A DNA stretch of 64,000 nucleotides from Octopus vulgaris (GCA_951406725.2 OX597818.1:124186001-124250000); one strand, 5' to 3'. Positions 12,425 through 25,755 are shown, counted from the stretch's first letter. Program-made: numbers and translations. The notes: generated from the sequence alone by a model not told the origin.

Positions 12425-12636
12425 ATATGTATGTATGTATGCATGTATGTATATATGTATGTATGTATATGTGCATGTATGTATATATGTATGTATATAT
12501 ATATGTATGTATGTATGTATATATGTATGCATGTATGTATGTATATATGTATGTATGTATGCATGTATGTATGTATGTATGTATGTATGTATGTATGTAT
12601 GTATGTATGTATGTATGTATGTATGTATGTATGCAT
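11880..12636. repeat. (TC)n(CA)n followed by a ~690-bp (TATG)n/(TATA) tract
   Basis: Direct reading. Confidence 0.95.
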
Positions 12637-12931
12637 GAATATGTGTGTTTTTATGTGCATGCACCTATGCTTATCCGTATAAACTTGTGTTGTATCAAGA
12701 AGGTAACCTAGCCACTCGATAAATTGAGATTGATGTAACGATACCACTCCGAAATAAGTATTAGTAAGAAAATGATTGACTAAAATCTTTGAAGTCGCTG
12801 CTCCAACAAACCAATAAAAATACACACTCTCGCACACATACACAATACCCGAACACACGCACACTTGCGCGCGCACACACATATTCACACACACAAAACA
12901 TACCCCACAAAACACGCCATACACACATACA

Positions 12932-13312
12932 GGAGGCGCAATGGCCCAGTGGTTAGGGCAGCGGACTCGCGGTCATAGGATCGCGGTTTCGATTCCCAGA
13001 CCGGGCGTTGTGAGTGTTTATTGAGCGAAAACATCTAAAGCTCCACGAGGCTCCGGCAGGGGATGGTGGTGATCCCTGCTGTACTCTTTCACCACAACTT
13101 TCTCTCACTCTTACTTCCTGTTTCTGTTGTACCTGTATTTCAAAGGGCCGGCCTTGTCACTCTCTGTGTCACGCTGAATATCCCCGAGAACTACGTTAAG
13201 GGTACACGTGTCTGTGGAGTGCTCAGCCACTTTCACGTTAATTTCACGAGCAGGCTGTTCCGTTGATCGGATCAACCGGAACCCTCGTCGTCGTAACCGA
13301 CGGAGTGCTTCC
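12932..13312 (+). mobile_element. SINE family A
   Basis: Near-identical to 6512-6895. Confidence 0.95.
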
Positions 13313-14327
13313 ATCCACACACACACAACCCCAACCCCACACATTCATTATGAACTCACCTCCAGCATGGACAGATGAGACGACGTAAGCTAACAGACAC
13401 CGTGGGATTTGATAGAAGAGAACCTTCGCGCATGCGTGGCTGTGTGTGGTAAAAAGTTTTCTTTCCAACCACGTGCTTCCGGGTTCTGTTCCACTGCATT
13501 AAGGTGAAGACGGCAGCGTGGGCCGCGCAGAACTTTAACCTACGAAGTAACCAAAACGATGGGACCAGAGTGATCGCAGAGCACCTGGCTCCACCAGATA
13601 CCAAACAGATTAAAAAGCTTTGAAGCTAGTAGTGGGTAGAGCTAGGACAACTGCAGTGAAAAAGTGAAAAAGTGAAAAAGAAAAGGAAAGAGAGTGAAAG
13701 GGAGAAGAGAACAATGCAACAACAACAAAAAAGAAAATGAGAAGAAGAAATATGAAATCAAGAAGAAAAATGAAAGAAGCTGGTGTAGTTTCTCTTGCGG
13801 TCGCAGATATTACAAGGAAGATAATCATATGGTTATAATATTTAGCAGGACTAGGAATTTAAATTTGAAATGAGGGTTTTTAAATTTCAGAGATATGAAA
13901 AAAGGTGCATAGAATTAATATATTTAATGTTTTTTTTTGTTCATTTATAAAGAAGTTCTTAAAATTTATCGGTGGTAATCATGTATTGTTTCATTCCTTT
14001 TAGAAATCGTCAGCATGATATAACCTGTGACTTATTGATTAAACGTTTTATGAAGCAAGATATTTCATGAAGGATTATTACGGTATGGAGGGGAAAAAAA
14101 TCAAGGAATATTTGTGCGTGCGAGTGGGTTTTTTTTTTGTTTTTGCTTTTTGTTCTTTATAGAACGTTAGTAATTTAGCAATCGATAGAAAAGAGAGAAA
14201 GCTCTTGGCTTTTGCATACAACATAATAACTGTTTCAAGGGAATTCTATTTTGTGAAAATAACTTGTAATAGCCAATAATTTCAGTTTTAACTTCAAACA
14301 TTTTCACAAGCTGTTTACATGCATACA

Positions 14328-14589
<262 letters not shown>

Positions 14590-14590
<1 letters not shown>

Positions 14591-14825
14591 TGTTTCTTTA
14601 TTAGCCACACAGGGCTGCACACAGACAGGACAAAATTACAAGGTAGAGCTTTTCTTTTGGGGGTAAAATAAGGGGGTTTGGTTTTCAATCAAAAGGGATC
14701 GTAAATGGAAAGAAAGAGGACAAAAAAAAGGGAGGGGGATAAAATAAAATAAAAAAAAGGGGGGGATTTGATCAATTGGGGTCGTTATCACAGAAATGTC
14801 AATATGAAGTGTAAAGGGGAGGACA
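14590..14825 (-). mobile_element. Probable LINE 3' UTR remnant with a tail resembling SINE family C
   Basis: Minus strand ends CCTTGTAATTTTGTCCTGTCTGTGTGCAGCCCTGTGTGGCTAATAAAGAAACA, followed by (TATC)n. Confidence 0.45.
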
Positions 14826-14837
14826 GATATAGATATC

Positions 14838-15220
14838 AGGCGTGGCTGTATGGTAAGAGGCTTGCTTCTCAATCACAGGATCCCGGGTTCAGTCCCACTG
14901 CGTGGAACCTTGGGCAAGTGTTTTCTACTATAGCCTCGGGCCGACCAAAGCCTTGTGAGTGGATATGGTAGATGGAAACTGAAAGAAGCCTGTCGTATAT
15001 GTATGTACGTATTTGTTTGTGTGTGTCTTTGTCCGCCCACCACCATCGCTTGACAACCGATGTTGGTGTGTTTATGTCCCCATGACTTAGTGATTCGGCA
15101 AAAGAGACCGACAGAATAAGTACTTGGCTTGCAAAGAATAAGTCCTGGGGTCGAGTTCTTCGACTAAAACCCTTTAAGGATCCAGCACGGCCGCAGTCAA
15201 ATGACTGATACAAGTAAAAC
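14838..15220 (+). mobile_element. SINE family B
   Basis: Full head-to-tail alignment with the other copies. Confidence 0.9.
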
Positions 15221-15254
15221 AATATTTTATACATATATATATACATACATAAAA

Positions 15255-15461
15255 TGTGACCGCGTGTGTACCGTTGGCGATTTTTTTCCCTCCGTCTTCC
15301 CTTCTCTGGATCTTTCCTTCTCCTATGTTTCCGACGAAGAGCTCCGCTCGAAACGTAAAGCCCTCCTTCTTCCCTTCCTTCCTGAGCGTCCAAATATACT
15401 ATATTTGTTCCACGTCCCTCGCGCTGTTGTGTTTTCTCTTTGTGTTTTCATGTTTGGATTA

Positions 15462-15467
<6 letters not shown>
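15255..15467 (+). mobile_element. Short hammerhead-bearing Penelope-like element related to family E
   Basis: Lies between TA runs and contains GTTT-CCGACGA-A-GAGC-TCC-GCTC-GAAA-CG-TA-AAGC at 15327-15361. Downstream TTCCTGAGCGT...AATAC is shared with family E. Confidence 0.65.
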
Positions 15468-15518
<51 letters not shown>

Positions 15519-15928
15519 TATATATTTTTTTTCCCCGTCATATTGATATTTTATTATTTTTTTATTTTATTATATTTCAAATATTATATATTTCGATATA
15601 TACTTTGATATTATTGTTATATGTTTATATTTTTCATATTCTCTATTAACATTTTCTTTGTATTTAAAGTAATGTGGATTATATTTGCCCATACCCCCCT
15701 TTTTAAAACAAAACACATATTCTCCTTATATTATACGTTTTGTATATTATTTGCACACACACACTTTTTTTAAAGCTGCTTCATCATTCCTTACATTTCT
15801 TATAAATTTTTTTTCATAAAAATGTTTTTCCCCCAAATTTTTTTCCATCCGATTTTACACCATTGAATCGTCGCATCTCGAGATTTACATTCTGCGTGGT
15901 CAGCATAATGGTTTTTTCTACATAATGC

Positions 15929-16176
15929 CTGAGAGACTTACATGGTGTGGATGTGGGTTTCTTTAAAACTAAACTGGGTCTCTTCTTGTCGGGAGTCCCA
16001 GATGAACCTACCTCACGACAGGAGACGCAGATGCGGGCAGCAGCATCGAACTCCCTTGTTGATCGAGTACCACGTATCAGAGGTGGATTCCCATATTAGT
16101 GTAGCTCATTCAGCGGTGGTGCCCCAGCATGGCCGCGGCCTTCGGGCTAAAACATTTTTAAGGATTTAAGGATTTA
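15929..16176 (+). mobile_element. CR1/L2-group LINE 3' end (ORF2 C-terminus plus 3' UTR)
   Basis: LRDLHGVDVGFFKTKLGLFLSGVPDEPTSRQETQMRAAASNSLVDRV...* (15929-16099), followed by a stem-loop and a TTTAAGGA repeat tail. Confidence 0.8.
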
Positions 16177-16646
16177 TAATCTGTTCCACTATTGGGTTTC
16201 TTTCGCCCCGTTTTTAAATTCGGTCCAGTATTTAAACTGCTTAAGTCCGATGGTATGGCTGCCGCTTGAAGAACGTACATGGGTTCCATGTGCGTGAAAC
16301 TGTTAGTATCGTGGGCCATACATGTGAGGTGGTCATAAAAATCAATATTTACTCTCGTTAGATGGAATGTTCATTTTGTTGAACCTGGACATATGGACCT
16401 ATTCATTATGTGTGTGTGTAGACATTCGTTTCCAATTGTTATTTCACAATAGTTATCCTTCGTAAATGTAGTGGAGCAGACATCTGTTCATAAGCATAAC
16501 GCCCAGACAACATCTGAGTCTTTGACCTTAATATTTGTTGAATAAGAATAACGACGCTCAAGAAACATGTTCTCTTAGGTGCTGTCCATTCAGATCAGTG
16601 ACCATTTGGCTGCTATGTTTGAAAACTAACGATGTTTACAAATTTT

Positions 16647-16791
16647 AGCTTGTTTACCAACCACATGGTTCCGTGTTCAGTCCCACTGCGTGGCACCTCG
16701 GGCAAATGTCTTCTACTATAGCCTCGGGCCGACCAAAGCCTTGTGAGTGGATTTAGTAGACGGAAACTGAAAGAAGCCCGTCGTATATATG

Positions 16792-16828
<37 letters not shown>

Positions 16829-17052
16829 GTGTGTGTGTGTTTGTGTGTCTGTGTTTGTCCCCCTAGCATTGCTTGACAACCGATGCTGGTGTGTTTACGT
16901 CCCCGTTACTAAGCAGTTTGGCAAAAAAAGACCGATAGAATAAGTACTGGGCTTACAAAAAGAATAAGTCCCGGGGTCGAGTTGCTCGATTAAAGGCGGT
17001 GCTCCAGCATGGCCGCAGTCAAATGACTGAAACAAGTAAAAGAGTTAAAGAG
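16647..17052 (+). mobile_element. SINE family B, slightly 5'-truncated
   Basis: Aligns with the other copies. Confidence 0.9.
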
Positions 17053-17057
17053 TATGC

Positions 17058-17231
17058 GGCGCAGGCGTGGCTATGTAGTAAGAAACTTGCTTCCCGACCA
17101 CATGGTTCCGGGTTCAGTCTTACTGCCTGGCACCTTTGGGCAAGTGTCTTCTACTATAGCCTCGGAGCATCCAAAGCCTTTTGAGTGGTTGACTGAAACT
17201 GAAAAGAGACCATCGTGTGTGTGTGTGCATG

Positions 17232-17300
<69 letters not shown>

Positions 17301-17559
17301 AAGTTTGAATAGGCCGGTTTATGGGATTACCTTGGGTTTCCTGTGAGTAAAGTGCTTAGCTTTACGGCGTATCATTAGACACCAAAACCTGTTGGCTAAG
17401 GCTTCTCTGGTGAGTGGCCTCTCGAGAATATGGAGGAGGAAATGACCTCGCTGCTCATTGTCAACAACAGGGGTTTGTCTCCCTTCGGCTATCGATCGCC
17501 AGTCACCCTGTCATCCCGTGGCTTCCAATTGGCCAACAAGAATTTCCTGAAATACAAGA

Positions 17560-17606
<47 letters not shown>

Positions 17607-17680
17607 TGTATGTATGTATGTATGTATGTATGTATGTATGTATGTATGTATGTATGTATGTATGTGTGTGTGTATGTATG

Positions 17681-17713
<33 letters not shown>

Positions 17714-17975
17714 GTGTGTGTGTGTGTATGTGTGTGTGTGTGTATTTATGTGTGTCTGTCTCTGTGTTTGTCCTCACACCGTCGCTTGTCAACCGATCTT
17801 GGTGTATTTACATCCCCGTCACTTAGCGGTTCGCAAGAGGTACTGATAGAATGAATACTAGGTTTACAAAGTATAAGTCCTGGGGTCGATTTCTTCGACT
17901 AAAAAATAACCCTTTAAGGCGGTGCTCCAGCATGGCCACAGTCAAACGACTGAAACAAGTAAAAGAATAAAAGAA
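17058..17975 (+). mobile_element. SINE family B split by a ~260-bp insertion (17300-17560) in its microsatellite
   Basis: 5' half at 17058-17216 and 3' half at 17755-17975. Confidence 0.75.
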
Positions 17976-17989
17976 TGTGGATTAAGATA

Positions 17990-18531
17990 TTGGATTGTCC
18001 GGAAAGTTCGTGCCGATTTATAGTAGCTTACCTTTCGACTTATTTTAGAACATAGCTGAGTCCATAAAATAGGATTTGACTACACCTCCATTTAGAGCAC
18101 AGTTTAAGCTATCTTTTCCTGGAAGAAGATTTATGTTCCTACAACCTGTGTTAATTTTGTAACCCTTTAAAATGGAAGATAAGAAAGTTCATTTTCGACA
18201 CTTGATGCTTTGGGAACCAGACAAAAATTGCTGCAGCTCGGCTGGGTTGTGTTACCTCAACCTCCAAATTCACCAGATATTGCTCCTTCGGATTTCCACT
18301 TATTCAGGTCTGTGCAGAATAGTCTTAATGGTAAAAATTTCAATTCTTTGGATGACGTAAAATGATACCTTGATGAATTCTTTGCCATGAAACCACCTCA
18401 TTTCTGGGAAGAGTGGAGACGCATTGTGCAACAAAATTGTTCATATTTGGTTGATTAAAAATGTAATGGCAAGTATTTATTGACCCTTTTCTTTCCTTTA
18501 AAAATCGGCACGAACTTTCCGGACAACCCAA
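17990..18531 (+). mobile_element. Internally deleted mariner DNA transposon (542 bp)
   Basis: 30-bp TIRs matching at 29/30 (TTGGATTGTCCGGAAAGTTCGTGCCGATTT), with TA on both sides. N-terminal MEDKKVHFRHLMLWE is joined to a C-terminal LGWVVLPQPPNSPDIAPSDFHLFRSVQNSL remnant. Confidence 0.95.
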
Positions 18532-18902
18532 TATTTAGGATCTACCAAACAGCAACTGCATGATAGAAACTCGAAGCATTTCTTCACAATCATACCATCC
18601 ATTGTCGTGTTTCAATACAGATTATTCTGTGGTGGGGAAAAAAGCGTATCAACGGAAATCTGAACGAAAAACAATGACGCAGTACACACTCGTAAAACCG
18701 AAGCGCATTTCATTAAAATAAACTAGAATCCATCTTGAACAGGTGGAATGAGCTGGGCAAATGGAAACAGATATATTGTTCTTCTGAACAATAACGGTGT
18801 TTGTTTGCCCGGTTATCGACGTGAAAATAAACACAACGCTCAAAAACACAATTCTGCAGTAACAAATTATCCACAACTATTATATCAATCTAGCTGAAAT
18901 TC

Positions 18903-18958
<56 letters not shown>

Positions 18959-19025
18959 ATATCTATCTATTACTGTCTGTCTATCTATCTATCTATCCAT
19001 CCATCCATCCATCCATCCATCCATC

Positions 19026-19093
<68 letters not shown>

Positions 19094-19135
19094 GTCTGTC
19101 TGCCTGTCTGTCTGTCTGTCTGTCTATATGTCTGC
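18903..19135. repeat. (TATC)n/(CATC)n/(TGTC)n microsatellite
   Basis: Direct reading. Confidence 0.95.
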
Positions 19136-19654
19136 CAACACGGTTAAACATACTAAACTAAACTAGCAAGGAAACCCCATCATTGGGGTTGGAGAGCCAA
19201 TGATGGAGCGGCAGCAAACTCAAACGCAGCCTCGAATAGTAAAAACTCTAGCTATGCTACTATCTAAACCTCTACTAACTACTTCGTTCAGTGCTTTCTT
19301 CCCAAACTTCATCCCTTAAAATGCCCTCCTTGCCCTTGTTCTTTTTTCATTCGCCATCATTTTACTTCAGGGGTCCTGAGAGAGAGCTACGAGTAAAACA
19401 TCTTCTTTTAGATCAAACCCGTTAAACTTAAGGGGTTGGAAAGTAGATGGAAAAAATAGGTGGAGATGGATGGAAAATACTGCGCCATTTAATTTCATAT
19501 CTTTATATCTTTATACATTCTGTTTAAAGTCCATTCCTCCTGGGTCGATAAAATATACATAGTTCAAGTATTGGGGTGGTTTACGTCAAGTATACCCTAC
19601 GCCATCCGCATTCCACCCAATATGCGTTGTTCCAAAATTAGAAAATCATTACGA

Positions 19655-19687
<33 letters not shown>

Positions 19688-20199
19688 TGTATGTATGTAT
19701 GTATGTATGTATGTATGTATGTATTGTATGTATATATCATATAGATGTATGCGTATGTGTACATATATATAAGTGTATCTATAGATATATGTATGTATGT
19801 ATCTATTTATGTATTGTCCACATCCTCTCTTTCCTTTCAGTGAAGTAATCGATTATGTCTTTCTTTTACATTTGCAACAAAAGCTATTAATCGATAAGTA
19901 CATTTCCAATAAGGATAAAAAAACTAAAAAGGTAAAAAAAAAAAAAAAAGAATATTAGAGAAAAACCAAAAAATATAATAAATACAAATGTTTCGATCTG
20001 GGTCACTTCTAGATGCAGATAGATATTTTCAATGACAAGGCTAAGTAAGTTAGCAGGATACACACACAACATCGTAATAAATACACAACGCATTGTCTTA
20101 TTTTTGCAGCACTCATTGACGTGTGCAAAGCAGCGTGGCTTAGAAGATCGTTTCGCTATTATCTATTATGCGAGTTCAGGTTCGAACCCTCAATGGGGC

Positions 20200-20863
20200 A
20201 CTGGCAGAAACGTTAGCGCGCCGGGCGAAATGCTTAGCGGTATTTCGTCCGAGTTAAGGCGGCGAGCTGGCAGAATCGTTAGCACGCCGGGCGAAATGCT
20301 TAGCGGTATTTCGTCTGTCGTTACGTTCCGAGTTCAAATTCCGCCGAGGTCGACTTTGCCTTTCATCCTTTCGGGGGGTCGATAAATTAAGTACCAGTTA
20401 CGCACTGGGGTATTTGTGATCGACTTAATCCGTTTGTCTGTCTTTGTTTGTCCCCTCTATGTTTAGCCCCTTGTGGGTAGTAAAGAAATAGGCATTTCGT
20501 CTGCCGCTACGTTCTGAGTTCAAATTCCGCCGAGGTCGACTTTGCCTTTCATCCTTTCGGGGTCGATAAATTAAGTACCAGTTACGCACTGGAGTCGATG
20601 TGATCGACTTAATCCGTTTATCTGTCCTTGTTTGTCCTCTCTGTGTTTAGCCCCTTGTGGGTAGTAAAGAAATAGGTATTTCGTCTGCCGCTACGTTCTG
20701 AGTTCAAATTCCGCCGAGGTCGACTTTGCCTTTCATCCTTTCGGGGTCGATAAATTAAGTACCAGTTACGCACTGGAGTCGATGTGATCGACTTAATCCG
20801 TTTGTCTGTCTTTGTTTGTCCTCTCTGTGTTTAGCCCCTTGTGGGTAGTAAAGAAATAGGTAT
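20200..20863 (+). mobile_element. SINE family C tandem array: partial head, full copy and two headless ~184-bp bodies
   Basis: Units start at about 20305, 20491 and 20675, joined at AAATAGG(T/C)ATTTCGTCTG. Confidence 0.9.
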
Positions 20864-21214
20864 TGCTCTTCCATTGTAGTCATAATGTTGACCAATAAAC
20901 CGTGTGAGTAAGATTTCTAGACGGGGACGATTGTGCTGTGCCGCGCGCGGCACGTGTAATGGTAAGTAAGGCAGCGAGCTGGCAGAATCGTCAGCGAGTC
21001 GGGACAAAATGCAGAATTTCTTCCGGCTTCGCGTTCTGAGTTCAAATTCGGCCGAGCTTGACTTTGCCTTTCATCCTTTCGCGATCGATAGTATAAGTAC
21101 TAGTTATCGACAACCCCCTCCATCCCAATATTTAAGGGCTTGTGTCTATAGTAGAAACGAATTGTTATGTAATAATCAAATTATATATTATTCACTTTAT
21201 TATGCTTTGTTACC

Positions 21215-21520
21215 TCAACGGTTAGGATGTCGGGCTCACAATCATGATGTAGTGAGTTCGATTCCTGGACCGGGCTGAGTGTTGTGATCTTGAGCAAGAC
21301 ACTTTATTTCACTCAGCTGTAAAAATGAGTTGCGATGTCAGTGGTGCCAAGCTGGATAACATCGGTGGTGTGGCGTGGAGAGGGGAGGCTGGTATGTATG
21401 GACGTTTACTGGTCTTCCATAAACAACCTTGCCTGGACTTGTGCTTGGGAGGGTAACTTTCTAGAAGCAATCCCATGGTCATTCATGACCGAAGAAGGTT
21501 TTTATTCTTTGTATAAATCC
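21215..21520 (+). mobile_element. SINE family D (tRNA head related to family A, different body)
   Basis: GGTTAGGATGTCGGGCTCACAATCATGATGTAGTGAGTTCGATTCCTGGACCGGGC followed by CTTGAGCAAGACACTTTA. Single copy in this window. Confidence 0.6.
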
Positions 21521-21639
21521 CTCGGTCAGTCGTAAAATTGTCTTGCAGGAAACCTACCCATGGCGCAAAAAAGATTAAGAACTTCTGCCCTAAGCTTTTC
21601 GTCCCAAACTGATTTACTTGTATTATTCTTTCGTTTTCA

Positions 21640-22340
21640 GATTGGCGAGCTGACAGAATCGTCAGCAAGCCGGATAAGATGCTAAGCAGCATTTCGTCCG
21701 TCCTTACGTTTTGTGTTCAAATTTCGCCGAGATCGACTTTGCCTTTCATCCTTTCGGGGACGATAAAAATAAATACCAGTTGAGCACTGGGGTCGATTTA
21801 ATCGACTAAGCCCTCTTCCCACCCCGAAGATTCTGGCCTTGTGCTAAAGTTTGAAATCAATAAATATTTCTTTACTGCCCACAAGGGGCTAAACATAGAG
21901 AGGACAAACAAGAACAGACAAACGGATTAAGTCGATTACATCGAGCCCAGTGCGAAACTGCTACTTTATTTATCGACCCAGAAAGGATGAGAGGCAAAGT
22001 CGACCTCGGCGGAATTTGAACTCAGAACGTAACGACAGACGAAATACCGCTAAGCATTTCGCCCGGCACGCTAACATTTCTGCCAGCTCGCCGCCTTTGA
22101 AATCAATATAACAAGGCAGAAAGGCGGTGAGCTGGCAGAACCTTTAGTATAGTGGACAAAACGCTTAGTGGCATTTCGTCCGCCTTCACGTTTTGAGTTC
22201 AAATTCCGCCGAGGTCGACTTTGCTTTTATTCTTTCGGGGTCGATAAAATAAGTACCAGTTGAACATTTGGCTCGATGTAATCGACTTAACCGCCCCACT
22301 CCACCGAACTTGCTGGCCTCGTACCAGAATTTCAAACCAT
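21640..22340. mobile_element. Cluster of three family C-type SINEs: + (21643-21860), - (21865-22097), + (22121-22340)
   Basis: Each carries the family C head and central domain. Confidence 0.85.
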
Positions 22341-22419
22341 TATTATTTTATTTTATTTTATTTTATTTATTTATTTATTTATTTATTTATCTGTTTATTC
22401 ATTTTATTCTTTCGCTCGT

Positions 22420-22661
22420 TTTCTTGTTTCAGTCATTTGATTGCGACCATGCTGGTGCACCACCTTAAAGGGTTTTAGTCGAACAATTCTACCCCAGGAC
22501 TTATTCTTTGTAAGCCAAGTACTTATTCTATCGGTCTCTTTTGCCGAACCGTTAGGTTACGGAGACATAAACACACCAACATCGGTTGTCAAGCGATGAT
22601 GGGGGAACAAACTCACACAAACACACACACACACACATACAAAAAAAAAACATTATTATTT

Positions 22662-22707
<46 letters not shown>

Positions 22708-22870
22708 GACGGGCTTCTTTCAGTTTCCGTCTACTAAATCCACCCACAAGGCTTTGATCAATTTGAGGCTATAGTAGAAGACACTTGCCCAAGGTACCAC
22801 GCAGTGGGACTAAACCCGAAACCATGTGGTTGGGAAGCAAGCTTTTTACCACACAGCCACGCCTGCACCT
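22420..22870 (-). mobile_element. SINE family B
   Basis: Reverse-complement alignment with the family. Confidence 0.9.
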
Positions 22871-23764
22871 ATTTATTTATTTTCGTATATTTACTAGATG
22901 TGACTTTCACTTTGATGTAACATAACATCACGCTTCCAATAGCAACCATCATCTTTATTATTGCCTTCGCTTCCGGTTATTCAATGAAAAAAAAAACTGC
23001 AGATGATTAATAATTATAATCCTATCCACATGTGTTCTAACAGGAAAAGCTAAATCCTGCAGGCCTTTCTGAATGGCACGCCTAACGAAAAATTACCTTG
23101 AATTTCTTTAGTAGTGCGGTCCGCTTGATCAGGAGTTATGTCTCATGCGACCCTCTCGCGTAAAAGGTTTCCCATGTCTGAGCTAAATCAGAAAGGAGAG
23201 CCTTTTTTCAGCAGTAGCAGCAGTGGCAGAGGCAGCAGCAGCAACAGGTGCAGCAGCAACAAAAATATCAGCAGCAACTATTAACGACAACAGCAATAAT
23301 AATCCTTTCTACTATAGGCACAAAGCCTGAAACTTTGTGGGAGGGGGTTGTCATTTACATCAGTCCCAGTGCTCCGCTGGGATTATCTGATCAACCTCGA
23401 AAGGATGGAAGGCAAAGTCGACTTGGGCGAAATTTGAACCCAGAGCATTAAGCCGGAAGAAATACTGCAAAACATTTTATTCGGTGCTCTAATGATTCAC
23501 CGCCTTAAAACGATAAGAATAATCTTTTTTTTTTTTTTTTACTAGAGGCACAAAGCCCGAAATTTGGGGGGAGCGTTCAACTGGTACTTATTCAACTGTC
23601 CCTGAAAAGATAAAAAGCGAAGTCAACCCCAGCGGAATTTGAACTCAGAATGTAAAATCAGAAGAAATGCCACTAAGTATTTTGTGCGGCATGCTTCTGA
23701 CTCTGCCAGCTTGCTGCCTTAAAAGGACAGGAACAACAACAACAACAGAAACAATAACAACAAT

Positions 23765-24434
23765 AACAAGAGCACTTAGAGAGCGCAAACCTTCGTCAAG
23801 GCAACACCAATGTCTTCTCAACGATTAGCCGGAGATGATTTTTAAAATGAGAATATCTGAAATTTTTACGAACGAGAATTTCTTTGCAAACAACTCGCAC
23901 ATGCAAGTGCTACCAATCAAGAGCTCTGCATACCGGAAGCCAGCAAGCGTATGGGGTCATCAGGAGAGAATGGCCGCCGTTTCGGGGCCTACCTCTCGAC
24001 GGCATCAATGCGTACCGCCCCCCCCCCACTCACTGATATGAGGCCCCGCTTACTTGATAAACTGGTTATCAAATAAAGCTCAATAATCTTCTAGCCATCG
24101 CTCATCGTCTCTTTTTAACCAAATCCAGTGGCTAGCCTTCTCCGCTGTAGTTTGGATATCGGTCATGGTGGCATTGACTTTACGATGAGTTAGGCCTAAC
24201 GATAACAACAGTCGCCTCACAATGTGTCCAACGAACCCTCTACATTTATCTTCCAGAATCCTTGTCCGGTACCGGATCGTTCCCAAAATCTAATCAATTC
24301 GTGCCAGTCACGAGGTCAAACGCTCCGGAAAGTTTCATCCGAATCTATCCAGCAGTTCTTGAGATATCTTGACCACGGACAAACAAACAAACACGACTGA
24401 AAACAATACCTCCGCCTTCGCTAAGGCGGAGGTA
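23765..24434. mobile_element. Helentron-associated (HINE/DINE-1-like) non-autonomous element
   Basis: Starts AACAAGAGCACTTAGAGAGCGCAAACCTTCGTCAAGG and ends with (CAAA)n and a perfect hairpin TACCTCCGCCTT-CGCT-AAGGCGGAGGTA (24407-24434) related to the start motif. Confidence 0.6.
23910..24242 (-). mobile_element. HERO-type (R2 group) LINE 3' fragment nested in the HINE-like element
   Basis: CRGFVGHIVRRLLLSLG...AEKASHWIWLKRDDERW matches the recalled HERO C-terminal motif GCRGF...AE.AS.W.WLKR. Confidence 0.7.
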
Positions 24435-24570
24435 ACCAGAAGCAACGACATCCACTACAAGGATGATAATAACAGTAACATCAACAACAGCAATACCAAT
24501 GCTAAACTGGTTTACCCTATATTAAAGATAACCCGCAGTTTCTCTGCGACGCTTTCAATGGTATTCGGGA

Positions 24571-24863
24571 CCGAATACCTATTTCTTTACTACCCACAAG
24601 GGGCTAAACACAGAGAGGACAAACAAGGACAGACAAACGGATTAAGTAGGTTATATCGTACCCTAGTGCGTAACTGGTACTTAATTTATCGACCCCGAAA
24701 GGATGAATGGCAAAGTCGACCTCGCCATTCATCCTTTCGGGGTCGATAAATTAAGGACCAGTTACGCACTGGGGTCGATATAACCGACTTAATCCGTTTG
24801 TCTGTCCTCGTTTGTCCTCTCCGTGTTTAGCCCCTAGTGGGTAGTAAAGAAATAGGTATTCGG
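24571..24863. mobile_element. Palindromic, headless SINE family C fold-back
   Basis: 24571-24712 is the reverse complement of 24724-24863; direct repeat GGTATTCGGGAC at 24560-24571 and 24855-24866. Confidence 0.85.
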
Positions 24864-25414
24864 GACTCGTTTATTGACAGACGATGTAGGATATATTGAA
24901 GCAACAGGAGGCAATGTCTTTTTATCTCCTCATACATCAAGAAAATGACAAAAAGGGAGGAGAGAGAGCGGGGGGAGGGAAGAGAGAAGGGGGAGAAAAG
25001 AAAGAGAGAGAGGCAGACAGACAGACAGACAAACAGACCGACAGAGGGAGAGGGGGGTGAGACAGGAATAGAGAGAGGGAGAGAAAGAGGGAGAGTGTGT
25101 GAGAGAGAGAGACAGAAACAGGGAGACAGAGAGAGAGGGAAACAATGAGAGAGAAGAGAGAGGTTTGAAAATAATGGGACGAGAATAACAATAACACTTC
25201 AACACACAAAGCAAAATCAATTGCTCAGGATTTTGAGGTCAGTGTGGGGGGGGTGAGGGGATGAGGGGAAGGAGGAGGAGGAGGAGGAGGGAAAAAGAGG
25301 TGAAGAGGAAGAAGCGAAGGACGGTGAAAAGAGAAGTCATGACGCCAGACAGGTTTCTTGTTTTCAGTGCAAGTCTTCAGCATCGCAATTATTGTAGTTA
25401 CCGCCTATAGAAAG

Positions 25415-25524
<110 letters not shown>

Positions 25525-25755
25525 ATATATATATAATATGAATGACCAAATGAAAGGACGAATGGATGGATGAATGAATGAATGAATGTTGCCATCTTGG
25601 CTGGTCAACTCTTCCAATTAGCAGCTCGCCTCTGGACCTGTTTACACTCCCACGCAATAGCCACCATGACTACAACGACAACGACGACGACGATGACAAC
25701 GACAATGATACGACGACCAGCACCACTACCAGCACCAGCACCAGCACCACACAAC

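Noticed and set aside
11836-12924. ORFs of YVCM/HTYI repeats (also at 2100-2950 and 55391-56000) and HSLT repeats at 27212-28355
   Set aside because: Translations of tetranucleotide microsatellites.
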